NCBI GenBank assembly: GCA_051530055.1 | Contig: CM121341.1 | Location: 5,310,784-5,374,783, forward strand | Origin: Neoechinorhynchus agilis | Lineage: Eukaryota; Animalia; Acanthocephala | Direction of reading: 5' to 3' | DNA length: 64,000 nucleotides | Part shown: positions 48,061-61,459 of the stretch, in pieces | Numbering within the stretch: the first letter of the stretch is position 1 | Layout: the number at the start of each line of letters is the position of its first letter | Notes under the pieces: generated by a model | Seen by the model: the letters and a program-made list of their open reading frames with translations, nothing else | Databases searched by the model: none | Told to the model about the DNA's origin: nothing | Made by a program: the position numbers and the translations under genes

Positions 48061-48885
48061 TTATTTACGAATACAAAGAAACTGTACTAATGAGATTCCA
48101 TTGATTCCAGAAGGCGGATCTGACGGAATAAATATGGAATCATCAACAATCACATAAGAGAGCAGATTGTTATGGATAATTTCTGCAAAGATTGAATTAT
48201 TGTAGTCTATATAATCGACATATCGATCGTTTGTAACAATGATTGCCGATTTCTGGAGAGCTAAGTGAAGAATGAAGAGATCGTCATCGTGCCGTCCCAC
48301 ATTGCTTCTCGTAGGAGAAAAGACTATAAATCCATTCTCAGCGAGAACGTTAAGCGAGCACTCTTCATCGATTCGGTATTGATAGATCCAACCTGGGCAA
48401 ACGGCTTTTATATCATTTAATCCTAGAAACAGAAAATACCGAATCACACAACAAAGTCGTTTAAGATTATGCCGTTGTTGATGGCTTTGATCGTACATTA
48501 CATTGAGTGCATCAATCACTATGGGCATCGATGGTTTTCCTACTAATGAATTACGAAGTTGTAATATGGCTGTGTTTGAGTTGAGAAGAGAAAGTTGCTT
48601 GCCTTCATCGAGTTCAAAAAGGATATCAATACCAGACAAACGAGAAGGTGGAGGAGAAGGTTGTATTGTCATTAAAGATAAGGAGTCGGCGAGTTCAACT
48701 GTATTGGGTTTATGAATGTTCTTTGAATCGTTTCTTTTATTCGGCTGTGGGCGATCGTTCGTTTCCATTGCTTGAATGATGGCATCGAGGGCTTTGGTCG
48801 TCCGGAGGTCAAAAGAAGTCCAACTTAGATCAAAGCCACATTTCATTTGTATGAGTGAAATTGAAGGATTACCTCGGTGTAACAA
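48061..48885 (-). CDS. Zc3h12a/Regnase/N4BP1-type NYN (PIN) ribonuclease without CCCH finger; true start unresolved
   Basis: IVIDALNV...FSPTR...HDDDLFI...IVTNDRYVD...FIPSDPPSG.NG.SL..FL aligns with the Regnase PIN domain; catalytic Asp residues present. Confidence 0.85.
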   Translation of the reverse strand: MLHRGNPSISLIQMKCGFDLSWTSFDLRTTKALDAIIQAMETNDRPQPNKRNDSKNIHKPNTVELADSLSLMTIQPSPPPSRLSGIDILFELDEGKQLSLLNSNTAILQLRNSLVGKPSMPIVIDALNVMYDQSHQQRHNLKRLCCVIRYFLFLGLNDIKAVCPGWIYQYRIDEECSLNVLAENGFIVFSPTRSNVGRHDDDLFILHLALQKSAIIVTNDRYVDYIDYNNSIFAEIIHNNLLSYVIVDDSIFIPSDPPSGINGISLVQFLCIRK

Positions 48886-49104
48886 AGTGGCAAGCTCCTT
48901 TAATGCTGCAAGGCATTTGGATTTTTGACCGAAAAAGACGATCCTTCTGGGTTTAACCAGTACGCAGTACTTTTGTCATCAGAAACGACAAGAGATAATG
49001 ATTTTTCTATTGTTTTGGTCAAAGAAGTCCCATTGAGAGGCAAAATATTAGATTATTTCGCTCAGCTAATTAAGGAATGCTAACGAAACTTAGAAGAAAA
49101 CTTT

Positions 49105-49510
49105 GGCGAAAGGAAAACCACTAATTTGACTCTACTACTCGATATTATAAGCCTTATCGTTTTGTATTAAGATTACTATAAATAAAACCAGGATGAAGTT
49201 TTAATCAAAATTGATTTTAACTAAGAATCGAAGAAACTTTATTAGAATTTAAGGTTTTTGAATCTAGTCGGCTACGAAGAAGGAAAACCACTAATTTGAC
49301 TCTTTTACTGGATAATGTAAACCTTCCATCGTTTTGTGTAAAGATTACTATAAATAAAACCCGGATGAAGTTTTAATCAATTGATCTTAGACACTAAGAA
49401 TCGAAGAAACTTTATTAGAATTTAAGGTTTTTCAATCTAGTCGGCTACGAAGAAGGAAAACCACTAATGTGACTCTTTTACTGGATAATGTAAGCCTTCC
49501 ATCGTTTTTC
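49105..49510. repeat. Short tandem array, ~172-bp unit, ~2.4 copies
   Basis: GAAGGAAAACCACTAAT recurs at ~49109, 49280, 49452. Confidence 0.85.
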
Positions 49511-49974
49511 TAGAAATTGGACGAATTCATGAATTTTTCAACGTAAAATTCCGTAATTTCTTTTTTTTTAAAGTTAATTCGCTTAAAGTTCACCACTTTC
49601 CACCGGGGCTTGGATTCCATTGACAAAATTACTTTTAAATAAACTCTAAAATTCCTTTGTATTCGCAATCCATAGTGTCCTTTGATCGAACTCATATCAT
49701 CCATGTACACCATAGCCACCAGACCGTACGTCGGTCGAATGGCAGCTTCGATGAATTCAGCGCATTCTTCTAATTCCGAGCAATGCGAAGTGGTTTTCAT
49801 TGTCAATGCTGCTTCGCCAGAGTCGCCCACATTCTTGGTATTGACACTATAGGAGATATCAATCGATAGATCGAACAGCTTCGTTATTGTGGAATCAACG
49901 TCCAAGAAACGAGACAAATATTTAATGGGAATCTTCTTGACGATTGTGCATGGAGAATCGCTTGTTGAATTCAT
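49510..49974 (-). CDS. Unknown protein (~154 aa)
   Basis: Open frame with normal residue composition; no recognised motif. Confidence 0.45.
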   Translation of the reverse strand: MNSTSDSPCTIVKKIPIKYLSRFLDVDSTITKLFDLSIDISYSVNTKNVGDSGEAALTMKTTSHCSELEECAEFIEAAIRPTYGLVAMVYMDDMSSIKGHYGLRIQRNFRVYLKVILSMESKPRWKVVNFKRINFKKKEITEFYVEKFMNSSNF

Positions 49975-50378
49975 ATTACGGGATTCTCTAAAAACGACGT
50001 TAAAAAACAACAGTGATTGTTTCCTAAAATCTCACTCTCGGTACAAAAGTGTGAGACTATTAGAAAATGATCGAAGATGGCGCATAACATTGGATAATAA
50101 GCAAAGATCCAGAATAAACGATATATAGAACTAACCCTGATTCGTGAAGCCAGACTCTTTGGAACCCTCCAATAAATTGCCGTTCGATTTTCCGTTTTCT
50201 AAAACAATTTTCTCCAAAACTCTGAAAGGAAGGGGATATTTCGGACTTTAAGTGCTGTTTTGAGCAACTAAATCATCTCCAACAAACATCCATTGTCACG
50301 CTTTACATTTGAAAAACAAACTCTCAAGGTAAAACTTTGACAAGTGAGCACATAAAATCATTGCTCTTACAACACAAA

Positions 50379-50762
50379 ATGGGATCTGAATTCTCTCAAT
50401 CGCAAGCTAACGATGGACACAAAAAGCAACCGATGAAGCAAAGTCAAGCTGAGAAACCGAAATTACCAATATCAAACCAAACTTTACAGCCCGGTGATTT
50501 CCCTCGAGTTATTGGATACACATACAACAACAGTGATCTTCTATTGGCAGTTCCGATAAAATCATTAAGAAGTGATGACCCAATGATCGGTGTACCTCTT
50601 AGTCTTTTTAAACAATGGGTTTGTTCATTGCCTGTAGAAACAAGTCCAGGCAATGATCTAACGAACCATCCGATGCTTAATACAATCACATTTCAACAAC
50701 CACAGCAAATGAACACACGGAATAACTTTGAACCGAGTTGTTTCCAATCACCATACAGATAA
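50379..50762 (+). CDS. Unknown protein (~127 aa), Gln/Pro-rich ends
   Basis: ATG ORF followed by AATAAA-like tail; central part only faintly recalls a chromo-shadow fold. Confidence 0.4.
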   Translation: MGSEFSQSQANDGHKKQPMKQSQAEKPKLPISNQTLQPGDFPRVIGYTYNNSDLLLAVPIKSLRSDDPMIGVPLSLFKQWVCSLPVETSPGNDLTNHPMLNTITFQQPQQMNTRNNFEPSCFQSPYR

Positions 50763-50925
50763 TAATCAAAGAAACGTCGTTTTTTGATGCTCAATCTTTT
50801 TATTTTTAAGCCGGAGAAATAAAAAGAAGCGAAAGGTGCTTATTTGTTGGGGGTTATTGAAGCAAACACGATAAAATTTCTAATGATATCTCGAAAGAGA
50901 AAACCTCGTTAATAACTGTTTTACC

Positions 50926-52110
50926 CGAGATCATCTCAAAATCGAATCAGCCCGAAGGATTTTCTCTTATTGGTGACTATTTAGAGACGTGTGATGACCA
51001 AATAATCCCTGGATAAAACGGATATTTTCTAGAAATCAGCCCAGAGATCATCTCAAAATCGAATCAGCCCGAAGGATTTTCTCTTATTGGTGACTATTTA
51101 GAGGCGCGTGGCGACCAAATAATCCCTGGATAAAACGGATATTTTCTAAAATCAGCCCAGAGATCATCTCAAAATCGAATCAGCCCGAAGGATTTTCTCT
51201 TATTGGTGACTATTTAGAGCGGTGGACCAAATAATCCCTGGATAAAACGGATATTTTCTAGAAACACCCGAGATCATCCAAATCACACCCGAAGATTTTC
51301 TTTGGTGAATTTAGAGCGGTGTGACCAATAATCCCCGGATAAAACGGATATTTTCTAGAAATCAGCCCAGAGATCATCTCCAAATAGAATCTTCCAAGGA
51401 TTTTCTCTTATTGGTGACTATTTAGAGGCGCGTGGCGACCAAATAATCCTCGGATAAAACGGATATTTTCTAGAAATCAGCCCAGAGATCATCTCAAAAT
51501 CGAATCAGCCCGAAGGATTTTCTCTTATTGGTGACTATTTAGAGGCGCGTGGCGACCAAATAATCCCTGGATAAAACGGATATTTTCTAGAAAGATCAAG
51601 TCTTATCAGCCGTTTTATCCGAGATCTTCTCGAAATTGGATCTTTCCGAACTCCAAATCACAACAACCCGAACGATTTTCTCTTGGTGATCATTAAGTGA
51701 TTCGGAGACGTGTGTTGATCATAATCCCCTGCGGGATAAAAATATTTTCTAGAGATATTTCGCGGAAATGCCTCGTCGGTAGTTCTATTATCCGAGATCA
51801 TCCCCAAATCACAACATCCCGAAGGATTTTCTATTGGTGACTATTTAGAGACGCGTGATGACCGAATAATCCCCAGCCGGATAAAACGGATATTTTCTAG
51901 AGATATTTCGCGGAAAAGCCTCATCAGCTGTTTATTTTATCTACAAATCACAACATCCCGAAGGATTTTCTATTGGTGACTATTTATAGACGTGTGTTGA
52001 CCAAATAATCCCAGGATAAAACGCATATTCTCCAGAGATATTTCGCGGAAATGCCTCGTCGGTAGTTCTATTATCCGAGATCATCTCCAACTCGCATCAT
52101 CCCGGACCAA
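50926..52110. repeat. Tandem array, ~110-bp unit decaying rightwards; same family as 3972-4550
   Basis: CCCAGAGATCATCTCAAAATCGAATCAGCCCGAAGGATTTTCTCTTATTGGTGACTATTTAGAG repeated. Confidence 0.92.
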
Positions 52111-52298
52111 ATAATGGCGAGCCGGGACTGAAAAGGCTTCCTCTTTCGAAATATCTCAGAACATCTTCGATCTCCAAAGTTCGACCTCTCCCAAAGGATT
52201 TTCTCTCTTAAATTGTTTACCTTATTGGCGAATAATGGCAACCACTAAGAAACATGTAAACATTGAAGTTTAAGTTACCAAAACAATGGTCATATATC

Positions 52299-53390
52299 TC
52301 ACTTAGACTCAGCAAAGACGTCCACTCCACTTTCACATGAGTCTTTCTCCGTACAATCCACTTCTTCGTCCACATTTAAAGGTAAATCTTTTCTCTTAAA
52401 GTCAGATAATTCCCGTTTCATGGCGAAAGCGTCTTCACCGTCGGCATAATATTTTGTTTCCGTCGATACTATCCTATGAAGACGTTAAAGTGAACAAAAA
52501 AGAGAAAGGTATTAATGTGAACCGAAAGTTTAAGATATCCTGATATAGTTTGATGGCAGCTCTATTGCTTACTCGGACATGAAGAGAAGCAAACTGAGCA
52601 TCGTAGTTGTTGGTCATTGCCATGATCGTCTGGATCACAAGGCGTTTAGCGATCCCAAGTCGACGATGTGATCGGAGAACAGCCTAAAAAAGAGTTCCAG
52701 GCGAAAAAGGGGGAGCTTTAATGACAAATATAAAAGCAAAACCAATCAGATTGGCGAAGAGTGCGATAAAATCAACGTGTTCCAGTTCAATAAAAAAATG
52801 GCGATCAACTTTCGATCACGAACAATAAAACTTTTTGAAGCAGTGGACGCGGATGATCACCCTGCAATTCCGATCGCGGGGTTGCGATTCCCGTGGATCG
52901 GGGCGTTTCATGATAACATTCGGGTGAAAATCCAATTTCTTTAAAAGAATGATCAGACTTGGTCACAACGATAATGGAAACCAAATATTTTATCACGTTG
53001 AAGGAAAGAGATGCCCTGGATGTGCAATGGTCATCAACAAAACCGAAGGATGCAATTACGCGTCCGTACCAGTGAAGTTATGTGTCCAATGAGGTTATCC
53101 GGTCGGTCGCTTTCGTCGTCCCTTTGGAATCTCTAATGTCTTTTATAAAAGAAAATAAACTCTTACATTTTCGAAAGTATGTAGGCTACACATCGACCTT
53201 TTCCGTCTACAGCCACAAATGAGAGCTACAAGGAAATGGGATGGAACAAACTCGAGCAGATAATAAAAACCTGAGGCCAAGACATTGCATGGTAAAGGTA
53301 GTATTTGAATTGATAGTTTTCTGGAAGGCACATTAGGTTCGTCGTTTGCATTGCTAATAAATCCGAGATCTCAGCTTGTCTTATTATCAT
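52299..53390 (-). CDS. NAA10: N-alpha-acetyltransferase 10 (ARD1), 5 exons, all GT-AG
   Basis: [23 protein letters not shown]|LSFVA...SKM|...GHITSL|[15 protein letters not shown]...[13 protein letters not shown]...|...[14 protein letters not shown]. Confidence 0.95.
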
Positions 53391-53434
53391 TTTGAATTCT
53401 CCAGAAAATGTTTTATTTGATGCACGGTGTTATA

Positions 53435-56400
53435 TTTCTAAAAATTGATCCGAGTTTTTGAACGATTAATTCTCTTGGCTTTTAAGTCAATCGGGGAACG
53501 AGGAGTCATTCAATTTACTAATAAGGCAAAGAGAAAGTCTAAGAATTTTGTATTTCTAAAAATTGATCCGAGTTTTTTGAGCGATTAATTCTATTTTTAA
53601 AATTAAATATTGGCTTTTAAGTCAATCGGGGAACGTATTTCTAAAAATTGATCCGAGTTTTTGAACGAAACTTGGCTTTAACAATCGGGGAACGGGGAGT
53701 CATTCAATTTACTAATAAGCAAAGAAAACAAAACAAAAAACCATTGGCTTTAACAATCGGGAACGGGGAATTCAATTTATAATAAGCAAAGAAAAGTCTA
53801 AGATTTTTCTATTTCTAAAAATTGATCCGAGTTTTTTGAACGATTAATTCTATTTTTAAAATTAAATATTGGCTTTTAAGTCAATCGGGGAACGGGGAGT
53901 CATTCAATTTACTAATAAGCAAAGAAAAGTCTAAGAATTTTGTATTTCTAAAAATTGATCCGAGTTTTTTGAGCGATTAATTCTATTTTTAAAATTAAAT
54001 ATTGGCTTTTAAGTCAATCGGGGAACGGGGAGTCATTCAATTTATTAATAAGACAAAGATAAAGTCTAAGATTTTTCTATTTCTAAAAATTGATCCGAGT
54101 TTTTTGAACGATTAATTCTATTTTTAAAATTAAATATTGGCTTTTAAGTCAATCGGGGAACGGGGAGTCATTCAATTTACTAATAAGACAAAGAGAAAGT
54201 CTAAGAATTTTGTATTTCTAAAAATTGATCCGAGTTTTTTGAACGATTAATTCTAATTAAATATGGCTTTAACAATCGGGGAACGGGGATATTAATTTAT
54301 AATAAGCAAAGAGAAAGTCTAAGAATTTTGTATTTCTAAAAATTGATCCGAGTTTTTTGACGATTAATTCTATTTTTAAAATTAAATTTGGCTTTTAAGT
54401 CAATCGGGGAACGGGGAGTCATTCAATTTATAATAAGCAAAGAAAATCTAAGATTTTAATTCAATAAAAAAGAAAGTCTAAGATTTTTATTTCTAAAAAT
54501 TGATCCGAGTTTTTTGAACGATTAATTCTATTTTTAAAATTAAATATTGGCTTTTAAGTCAATCGGGGAACGGGGAGTCATTCAATTTACTAATAAGGCA
54601 AAGATAAAGTCTAAGAATTTTGTATTTCTAAAAATTGATCCGAGTTTTTTGAACGATTAATTCTATTTTTAAAATTAAATATTGGCTTTTAAGTCAATCG
54701 GGGAACGGGGAGTCATTCAATTTACTAATAAGGCAAAGATAAAGTCTAAGATTTTTCTATTTCTAAAAATTGATCCGAGTTTTTTGAACGATTAATTCTA
54801 TTTTTAAAATTAAATATTGGCTTTTAAGTCAATCGGGGAACGGGGAGTCATTCAATTTACTAATAAGACAAAGAGAAAGTCTAAGAATTTTGTATTTCTA
54901 AAAATTGATCCGAGTTTTTTGAACGATTAATTCTATTTTTAAAATTAAATACTGGCTTTCAACCCAATCGGGGAACGGGGAATTATTCAATTTATTAATA
55001 AGGCAAAGAGAAAGTCTAAGATTTTTGTATTTCTAAAAATTGATCCGAGTTTTTTGAACGATTAATTCTATTTTTAAAATTAAATATTGGCTTTTAAGTC
55101 AATCGGGGAACGGGGAGTCATTCAATTTACTAATAAGGCAAAGATAAAGTCTAAGATTTTTGTATTTCTAAAAATTGATCCGAGTTTTTTGAGCGATTAA
55201 TTCTATTTTTAAAATTAAATATTGGCTTTTAAGTCAATCGGGGAACGGGGAGTCATTCAATTTACTAATAAGGCAAAGATAAAGTCTAAGAATTTTGTAT
55301 TTCTAAAAATTGATCGAGTTTTTTGACGATTAATTCTATTTTAAATTAAATCTGCTTTTAAGTCAATCGGGGAACGGGGAGTCATTCAATTTACTAATAA
55401 GGCAAAGATAAAGTCTAAGATTTTTCTATTTCTAAAAATTGATCCGAGTTTTTTGAGCGATTAATTCTATTTTTAAAATTAAATATTGGCTTTTAAGTCA
55501 ATCGGGGAACGGGGAGTCATTCAATTTACTAATAAGGCAAAGATAAAGTCTAAGAATTTTGTATTTCTAAAAATTGATCCGAGTTTTTTGAGCGATTAAT
55601 TCTATTTTTAAAATTAAATATTGGCTTTTAAGTCAATCGGGGAACGGGGAATTATTCAATTTATTAATAAGACAAAGAGAAAGTCTAAGATTTTTCTATT
55701 TCTAAAAATTGATCCGAGTTTTTTGAACGATTAATTCTATTTTTAAAATTAAATCTTGGCTTTTAAGTCAGTCGGGGAACGGGGAGTCATTCAATTTACT
55801 AATAAGGCAAAGATAAAGTCTAAGATTTTTGTATTTCTAAAAATTGATCCGAGTTTTTTGAACGATTAATTCTATTTTTAAAATTAAATATTGGCTTTTA
55901 AGTCAATCGGGGAACGGGGAGTCATTCAATTTACTAATAAGGCAAAGAGAAAGTCTAAGATTTTTCTATTTCTAAAAATTGATCCGAGTTTTTTGAACGA
56001 TTAATTCTATTTTTAAAATTAAATATTGGCTTTTAAGTCAATCGGGGAACGGGGAGTCATTCAATTTACTAATAAGGCAAAGAGAAAGTCTAAGATTTTT
56101 GTATTTCTAAAAATTGATCCGAGTTTTTTTGAACGATTAATTCTATTTTTAAAATTAAATACTGGCTTTTAAGTCAATCGGGGAACGGGGAGTCATTCAA
56201 TTTATTAATAAGACAAAGATAAAGTCTAAGATTTTTCTATTTCTAAAAATTGATCCGAGTTTTTTTGAACGACTAATTCTATTTTTAAAATTAAATATTG
56301 GCTTTCAACCCAATCGGAGAATGGGGAGACATTCAATTTATTAATAAGACAAAGATAAAGTCTAAGATTTTTCTATTTCTAAAAATTGATCCGAGTTTTT

Positions 56401-56590
56401 TGAACGATTAATTCTATTTTTAAAATTAAATACTGGCTTTCAACCCAATCGGGGAACGGGGAATTATTCAATTTATTAATAAGACAAAGATAAAGTCTAA
56501 GATTTTTCTATTTCTAAAAATTGATCCGAGTTTTTTGAACGATTAATTCTATTTTTAAAATTAAATATTGGCTTTTAAGTCAATTGAAGA
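53435..56590. repeat. Tandem array, ~135-bp unit, ~23 copies, upstream of NAA10
   Basis: TTCTAAAAATTGATCCGAGTTTTTTGAACGATTAATTC...CAATCGGGGAACGGGGAGTCATTC repeated. Confidence 0.97.
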
Positions 56591-57176
56591 ATGTAAAGTA
56601 ATTCAATTTACTGCTTTTTAAAATACTCTTTTTGAACCACGGTCGTAAGGTAAGAAAATAGCTAATTTCCGGGGGAAACAATAAACGCAATTTTTTTCCG
56701 GCGTAGAAATTAAAATAATTTTAAAATCCGATATTTCGGCACAATCTTGTACGTGTTTTGATCGGATTTCAAAAATAAAATCATTTTAATTTCTCTAAAC
56801 CAGAAAACAATCTATTTATGATCAATTCAATGTTCAAACAATAAAAGGAAAAAAATGCGCTCTCATCCGATCGAATCGATAATGTGAGTTCTGCTGATGA
56901 TAATCAGGTATTTTATTGCTGGGAAATATTTCACGAGGAAACTTCACCTCATCAGTCATTGCAAATTTAAATAATTGATTAGTTCTGTTCAAAATTAACC
57001 ATCCCGAAAGATTTTCTCCATATGTTCTTCCGTGTCGATTTTGCTCTGTCAATGATATAAAAACTTTACCTTCCCTATTGGATTTAAATTCGCTAATTTT
57101 TTTCCGACATTTCCTCAATGCCTGTTATTGTTTAGTTCGCTTGTCGACACCCGAGGGAGATTTCTTAAAGATAAAA

Positions 57177-60100
57177 TCCTACGCTAAGGCCGAAAATTCA
57201 CAATAAAATCGAATTTCTTAGTTCTTATTTTCTTCACCGTTCCAAAAAGACATAGGATTTGTGACTGATACATTTTAGATAGTCTGAAGAAGGCCTACGC
57301 TAAGGCCGAAAATTCACAATAAAATCGAATTTCTCAGTTCTTATTTTCTTCACCGTTCCAAAAAAAGATTTGGACTATCATTTAGATAGTCTATTTTCTT
57401 CACCGTTCCAAAACAAAACGAAGAGGCCTCCGAAAATTCACAATAAAATCGAATTTCTAGTTCTTATTTTCTTCACCGTTCCAAAAGGACATAGGATTTG
57501 TGACTGATACATTTTAGATAGTCTGAAGAAGGCCTACGCTAAGGCCGAAAATTCACAATAAAATCGAATTTCTCAGTTCTTATTTTCTTCACCGTTCCAA
57601 AAGGACATAGGATTTGTGACTGATACATTTTAGATAGTCTGAAGAAGGCCTACGCTAGCCGAAAATTCACAATAAAATCGAATTTCTCAGTTCTTATTTT
57701 CTTCACCGTTCCAAAAAACATGGATTTGCGACTGATACATTTTAGATAGTCTGAAGAAGGCCTACGCTAAGGCCGAAAATTCACAATAAAATCGAATTTC
57801 TCAGTTCTTATTTTCTCACCGTTCCAAAAACATTGGATTTGCGACTGATACACTTTAGATAGTCTGAAGAAGGCCTACGCTAAGGCCGAAAATTCACAAT
57901 AAAATCGAATTTCTCAGTTCTTATTTTCTTCACCGTTCCAAAAGGACATAGGATTTGCGACTGATACATTTTAGATAGTCTGAAGAAGGCCTACGCTAAG
58001 GCCGAAAATTCACAATAAAATCGAATTTCTCAGTTCTTATTTTCTTCACCGTTCCAAAAAAACATTGGATTTGCGACTGATACACTTTAGATAGTCTGAA
58101 GAAGGCCTACGCTAAGGCCGAAAATTCACAATAAAATCGAATTTCTCAGTTCTTATTTTCTTCACCGTTCCAAAAGGACATAGGATTTGCGACTGATACA
58201 TTTTAGATAGTCTGAAGAAGGCCTACGCTAAGGCCGAAAATTCACAATAAAATCGAATTTCTCAGTTCTTATTTTCTTCACCGTTCCAAAAGGACATAGG
58301 ATTTGCGACTGATACATTTTAGATAGTCTGAAGAAGGCCTACGCTAAGGCCGAAAATTCACAATAAAATCGAATTTCTCAGTTCTTATTTTCTTCACCGT
58401 TCCAAAAAAACATTGGATTTGCGACTGATACACTTTAGATAGTCTGAAGAAGGCCTACGCTAAGGCCGAAAATTCACAATAAAATCGAATTTCTCAGTTC
58501 TTATTTTCTTCACCGTTCCAAAAAAACATTGGATTTGCGACTGATACACTTTAGATAGTCTGAAGAAGGCCTACGCTAAGGCCGAAAATTCACAATAAAA
58601 TCGAATTTCTCAGTTCTTATTTTCTTCACCGTTCCAAAAGGACATTGGATTTGCGACTGATACATTTTAGATAGTCGAAGAAGGCCTACGCTAAGGCCGA
58701 AAATTCACAATAAAATCGAATTTCTCAGTTCTTATTTTCTTCACCGTTCCAAAAAGACATTGGATTTGCGACTGATACATTTTAGATAGTCTGAAGAAGG
58801 CCTACGCTAAGGCCGAAAATTCACAATAAAATCGAATTTCTCAGTTCTTATTTTCTTCACCGTTCCAAAAGGACATAGGATTTGTGACTGATACATTTTA
58901 GATAGTCTGAAGAAGGCCTACGCTAAGGCCGAAAATTCACAATAAAATCGAATTTCTCAGTTCTTATTTTCACCGTTCCAAAAAGACATGGGATTTGCGA
59001 CTGATACATTTTAGATAGTCTGAAGAAGGCCTACGCTAAGGCCGAAAATTCACAATAAAATCGAATTTCTAGTTCTTATTTTCTTCACCGTTCCAAAAAA
59101 CATAGGATTTGCGACTGATACATTTTAGATAGTCTGAAGAAGGCCTACGCTAAGGCCGAAAATTCACAATAAAATCGAATTTCTCAGTTCTTATTTTCTT
59201 CACCGTTCCAAAAAGACATGGGATTTGTGACTGATACATTTTAGATAGTCTGAAGAAGGCCTACGCTAAGGCCGAAAATTCACAATAAAATCGAATTTCT
59301 CAGTTCTTATTTTCTTCACCGTTCCAAAAGGACATAGGATTTGCGACTGATACATTTTAGATAGTCTGAAGAAGGCCTACGCTAAGGCCGAAAATTCACA
59401 ATAAAATCGAATTTCTCAGTTCTTATTTTCTTCACCGTTCCAAAAAGACATAGGATTTGCGACTGATACATTTTAGATAGTCTGAAGAAGGCCTACGCTA
59501 AGGCCGAAAATTCACAATAAAATCGAATTTCTCAGTTCTTATTTTCTTCACCGTTCCAAAAAGACATTGGATTTGCGACTGATACACTTTAGATAGTCTG
59601 AAGAAGGCCTACGCTAAGGCCGAAAATTCACAATAAAATCGAATTTCTCAGTTCTTATTTTCTTCACCGTTCCAAAAAGACATAGGATTTGTGACTGATA
59701 CATTTTAGATAGTCTGAAGAAGGCCTACGCTAAGGCCGAAAATTCACAATAAAATCGAATTTCTCAGTTCTTATTTTCTTCACCGTTCCAAAAAACATTG
59801 GATTTGCGACTGATACATTTTAGATAGTCTGAAGAAGGCCTACGCTAAGGCCGAAAATTCACAATAAAATCGAATTTCTCAGTTCTTATTTTCTTCACCG
59901 TTCCAAAAAACATTGGATTTGCGACTGATACATTTTAGATAGTCTGAAGAAGGCCTACGCTAAGGCCGAAAATTCACAATAAAATCGAATTTCTCAGTTC
60001 TTATTTTCTTCACCGTTCCAAAAACATGGATTTGACTGATACATTTTAGATAGTCTGAAGAAGGCCTACGCAGCCGAAAATTCACAATAAAATCGAATTT

Positions 60101-61397
60101 CTCAGTTCTTATTTTCTTCACCGTTCCAAAAAAACATTGGATTTGCGACTGATACATTTTAGATAGTCTGAAGAAGGCCTACGCTAAGGCCGAAAATTCA
60201 CAATAAAATCGAATTTCTCAGTTCTTATTTTCTTCACCGTTCCAAAAAAACATTGGATTTGCGACTGATACACTTTAGATAGTCTGAAGAAGGCCTACGC
60301 TAAGGCCGAAAATTCACAATAAAATCGAATTTCTCAGTTCTTATTTTCTTCACCGTTCCAAAAGGACATAGGATTTGTGACTGATACATTTTAGATAGTC
60401 TGAAGAAGGCCTACGCTAAGGCCGAAAATTCACAATAAAATCGAATTTCTCAGTTCTTATTTTCTTCACCGTTCCAAAAAAACATTGGATTTGCGACTGA
60501 TACACTTTAGATAGTCTGAAGAAGGCCTACGCTAAGGCCGAAAATTCACAATAAAATCGAATTTCTCAGTTCTTATTTTCTTCACCGTTCCAAAAGGACA
60601 TAGGATTTGCGACTGATACATTTTAGATAGTCTGAAGAAGGCCTACGCTAAGGCCGAAAATTCACAATAAAATCGAATTTCTCAGTTCTTATTTTCTTCA
60701 CCGTTCCAAAAAGACATTGGATTTGCGACTGATACATTTTAGATAGTCTGAAGAAGGCCTACGCTAAGGCCGAAAATTCACAATAAAATCGAATTTCTCA
60801 GTTCTTATTTTCTTCACCGTTCCAAAAAGACATGGGATTTGCGACTGATACATTTTAGATAGTCTGAAGAAGGCCTACGCTAAGGCCGAAAATTCACAAT
60901 AAAATCGAATTTCTCAGTTCTTATTTTCTTCACCGTTCCAAAAAGACATAGGATTTGTGACTGATACACTTTAGATAGTCTGAAGAAGGCCTACGCTAAG
61001 GCCGAAAATTCACAATAAAATCGAATTTCTCAGTTCTTATTTTCTTCACCGTTCCAAAAAAACATTGGATTTGCGACTGATACATTTTAGATAGTCTGAA
61101 GAAGGCCTACGCTAAGGCCGAAAATTCACAATAAAATCGAATTTCTCAGTTCTTATTTTCTTCACCGTTCCAAAAAAACATTGGATTTGTGACTGATACA
61201 TTTTAGATAGTCTGAAGAAGGCCTACGCTAAGGCCGAAAATTCACAATAAAATCGAATTTCTCAGTTCTTATTTTCTTCACCGTTCCAAAAAGAAATGCG
61301 ATTTATGACTGATACACTTTAGATAGTCTGAAGAAGGCCTACGCTAAGGCCGAAAATTCACAATAAAATCGAATTTCTCAGTTCTTATTTTCTTCAC
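57177..61397 (+). repeat. 116-bp satellite, ~36 copies, each with a minimal hammerhead-like core
   Basis: CTGAAGA recurs at 57864, 57980, 58096; unit contains GT-CTGAAGA-A-GGCCT-ACGCTA-AGGCC-GAA-AATT-C-AC. Confidence 0.95.
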
Positions 61398-61459
61398 CAT
61401 ATTTTATCAGCAATGTTAAATATATATTCGATTTCTTAAAGCGAAGAATGTGTATTTCG

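Noticed and set aside
56920-56960. CTGATGAG...GAAA on the minus strand as another hammerhead
   Set aside because: No C before GAAA, and stems I and III cannot be formed.
11985-61397. Tandem arrays as CRISPR arrays
   Set aside because: Units repeat head-to-tail without unique spacers, no cas genes, eukaryotic context.
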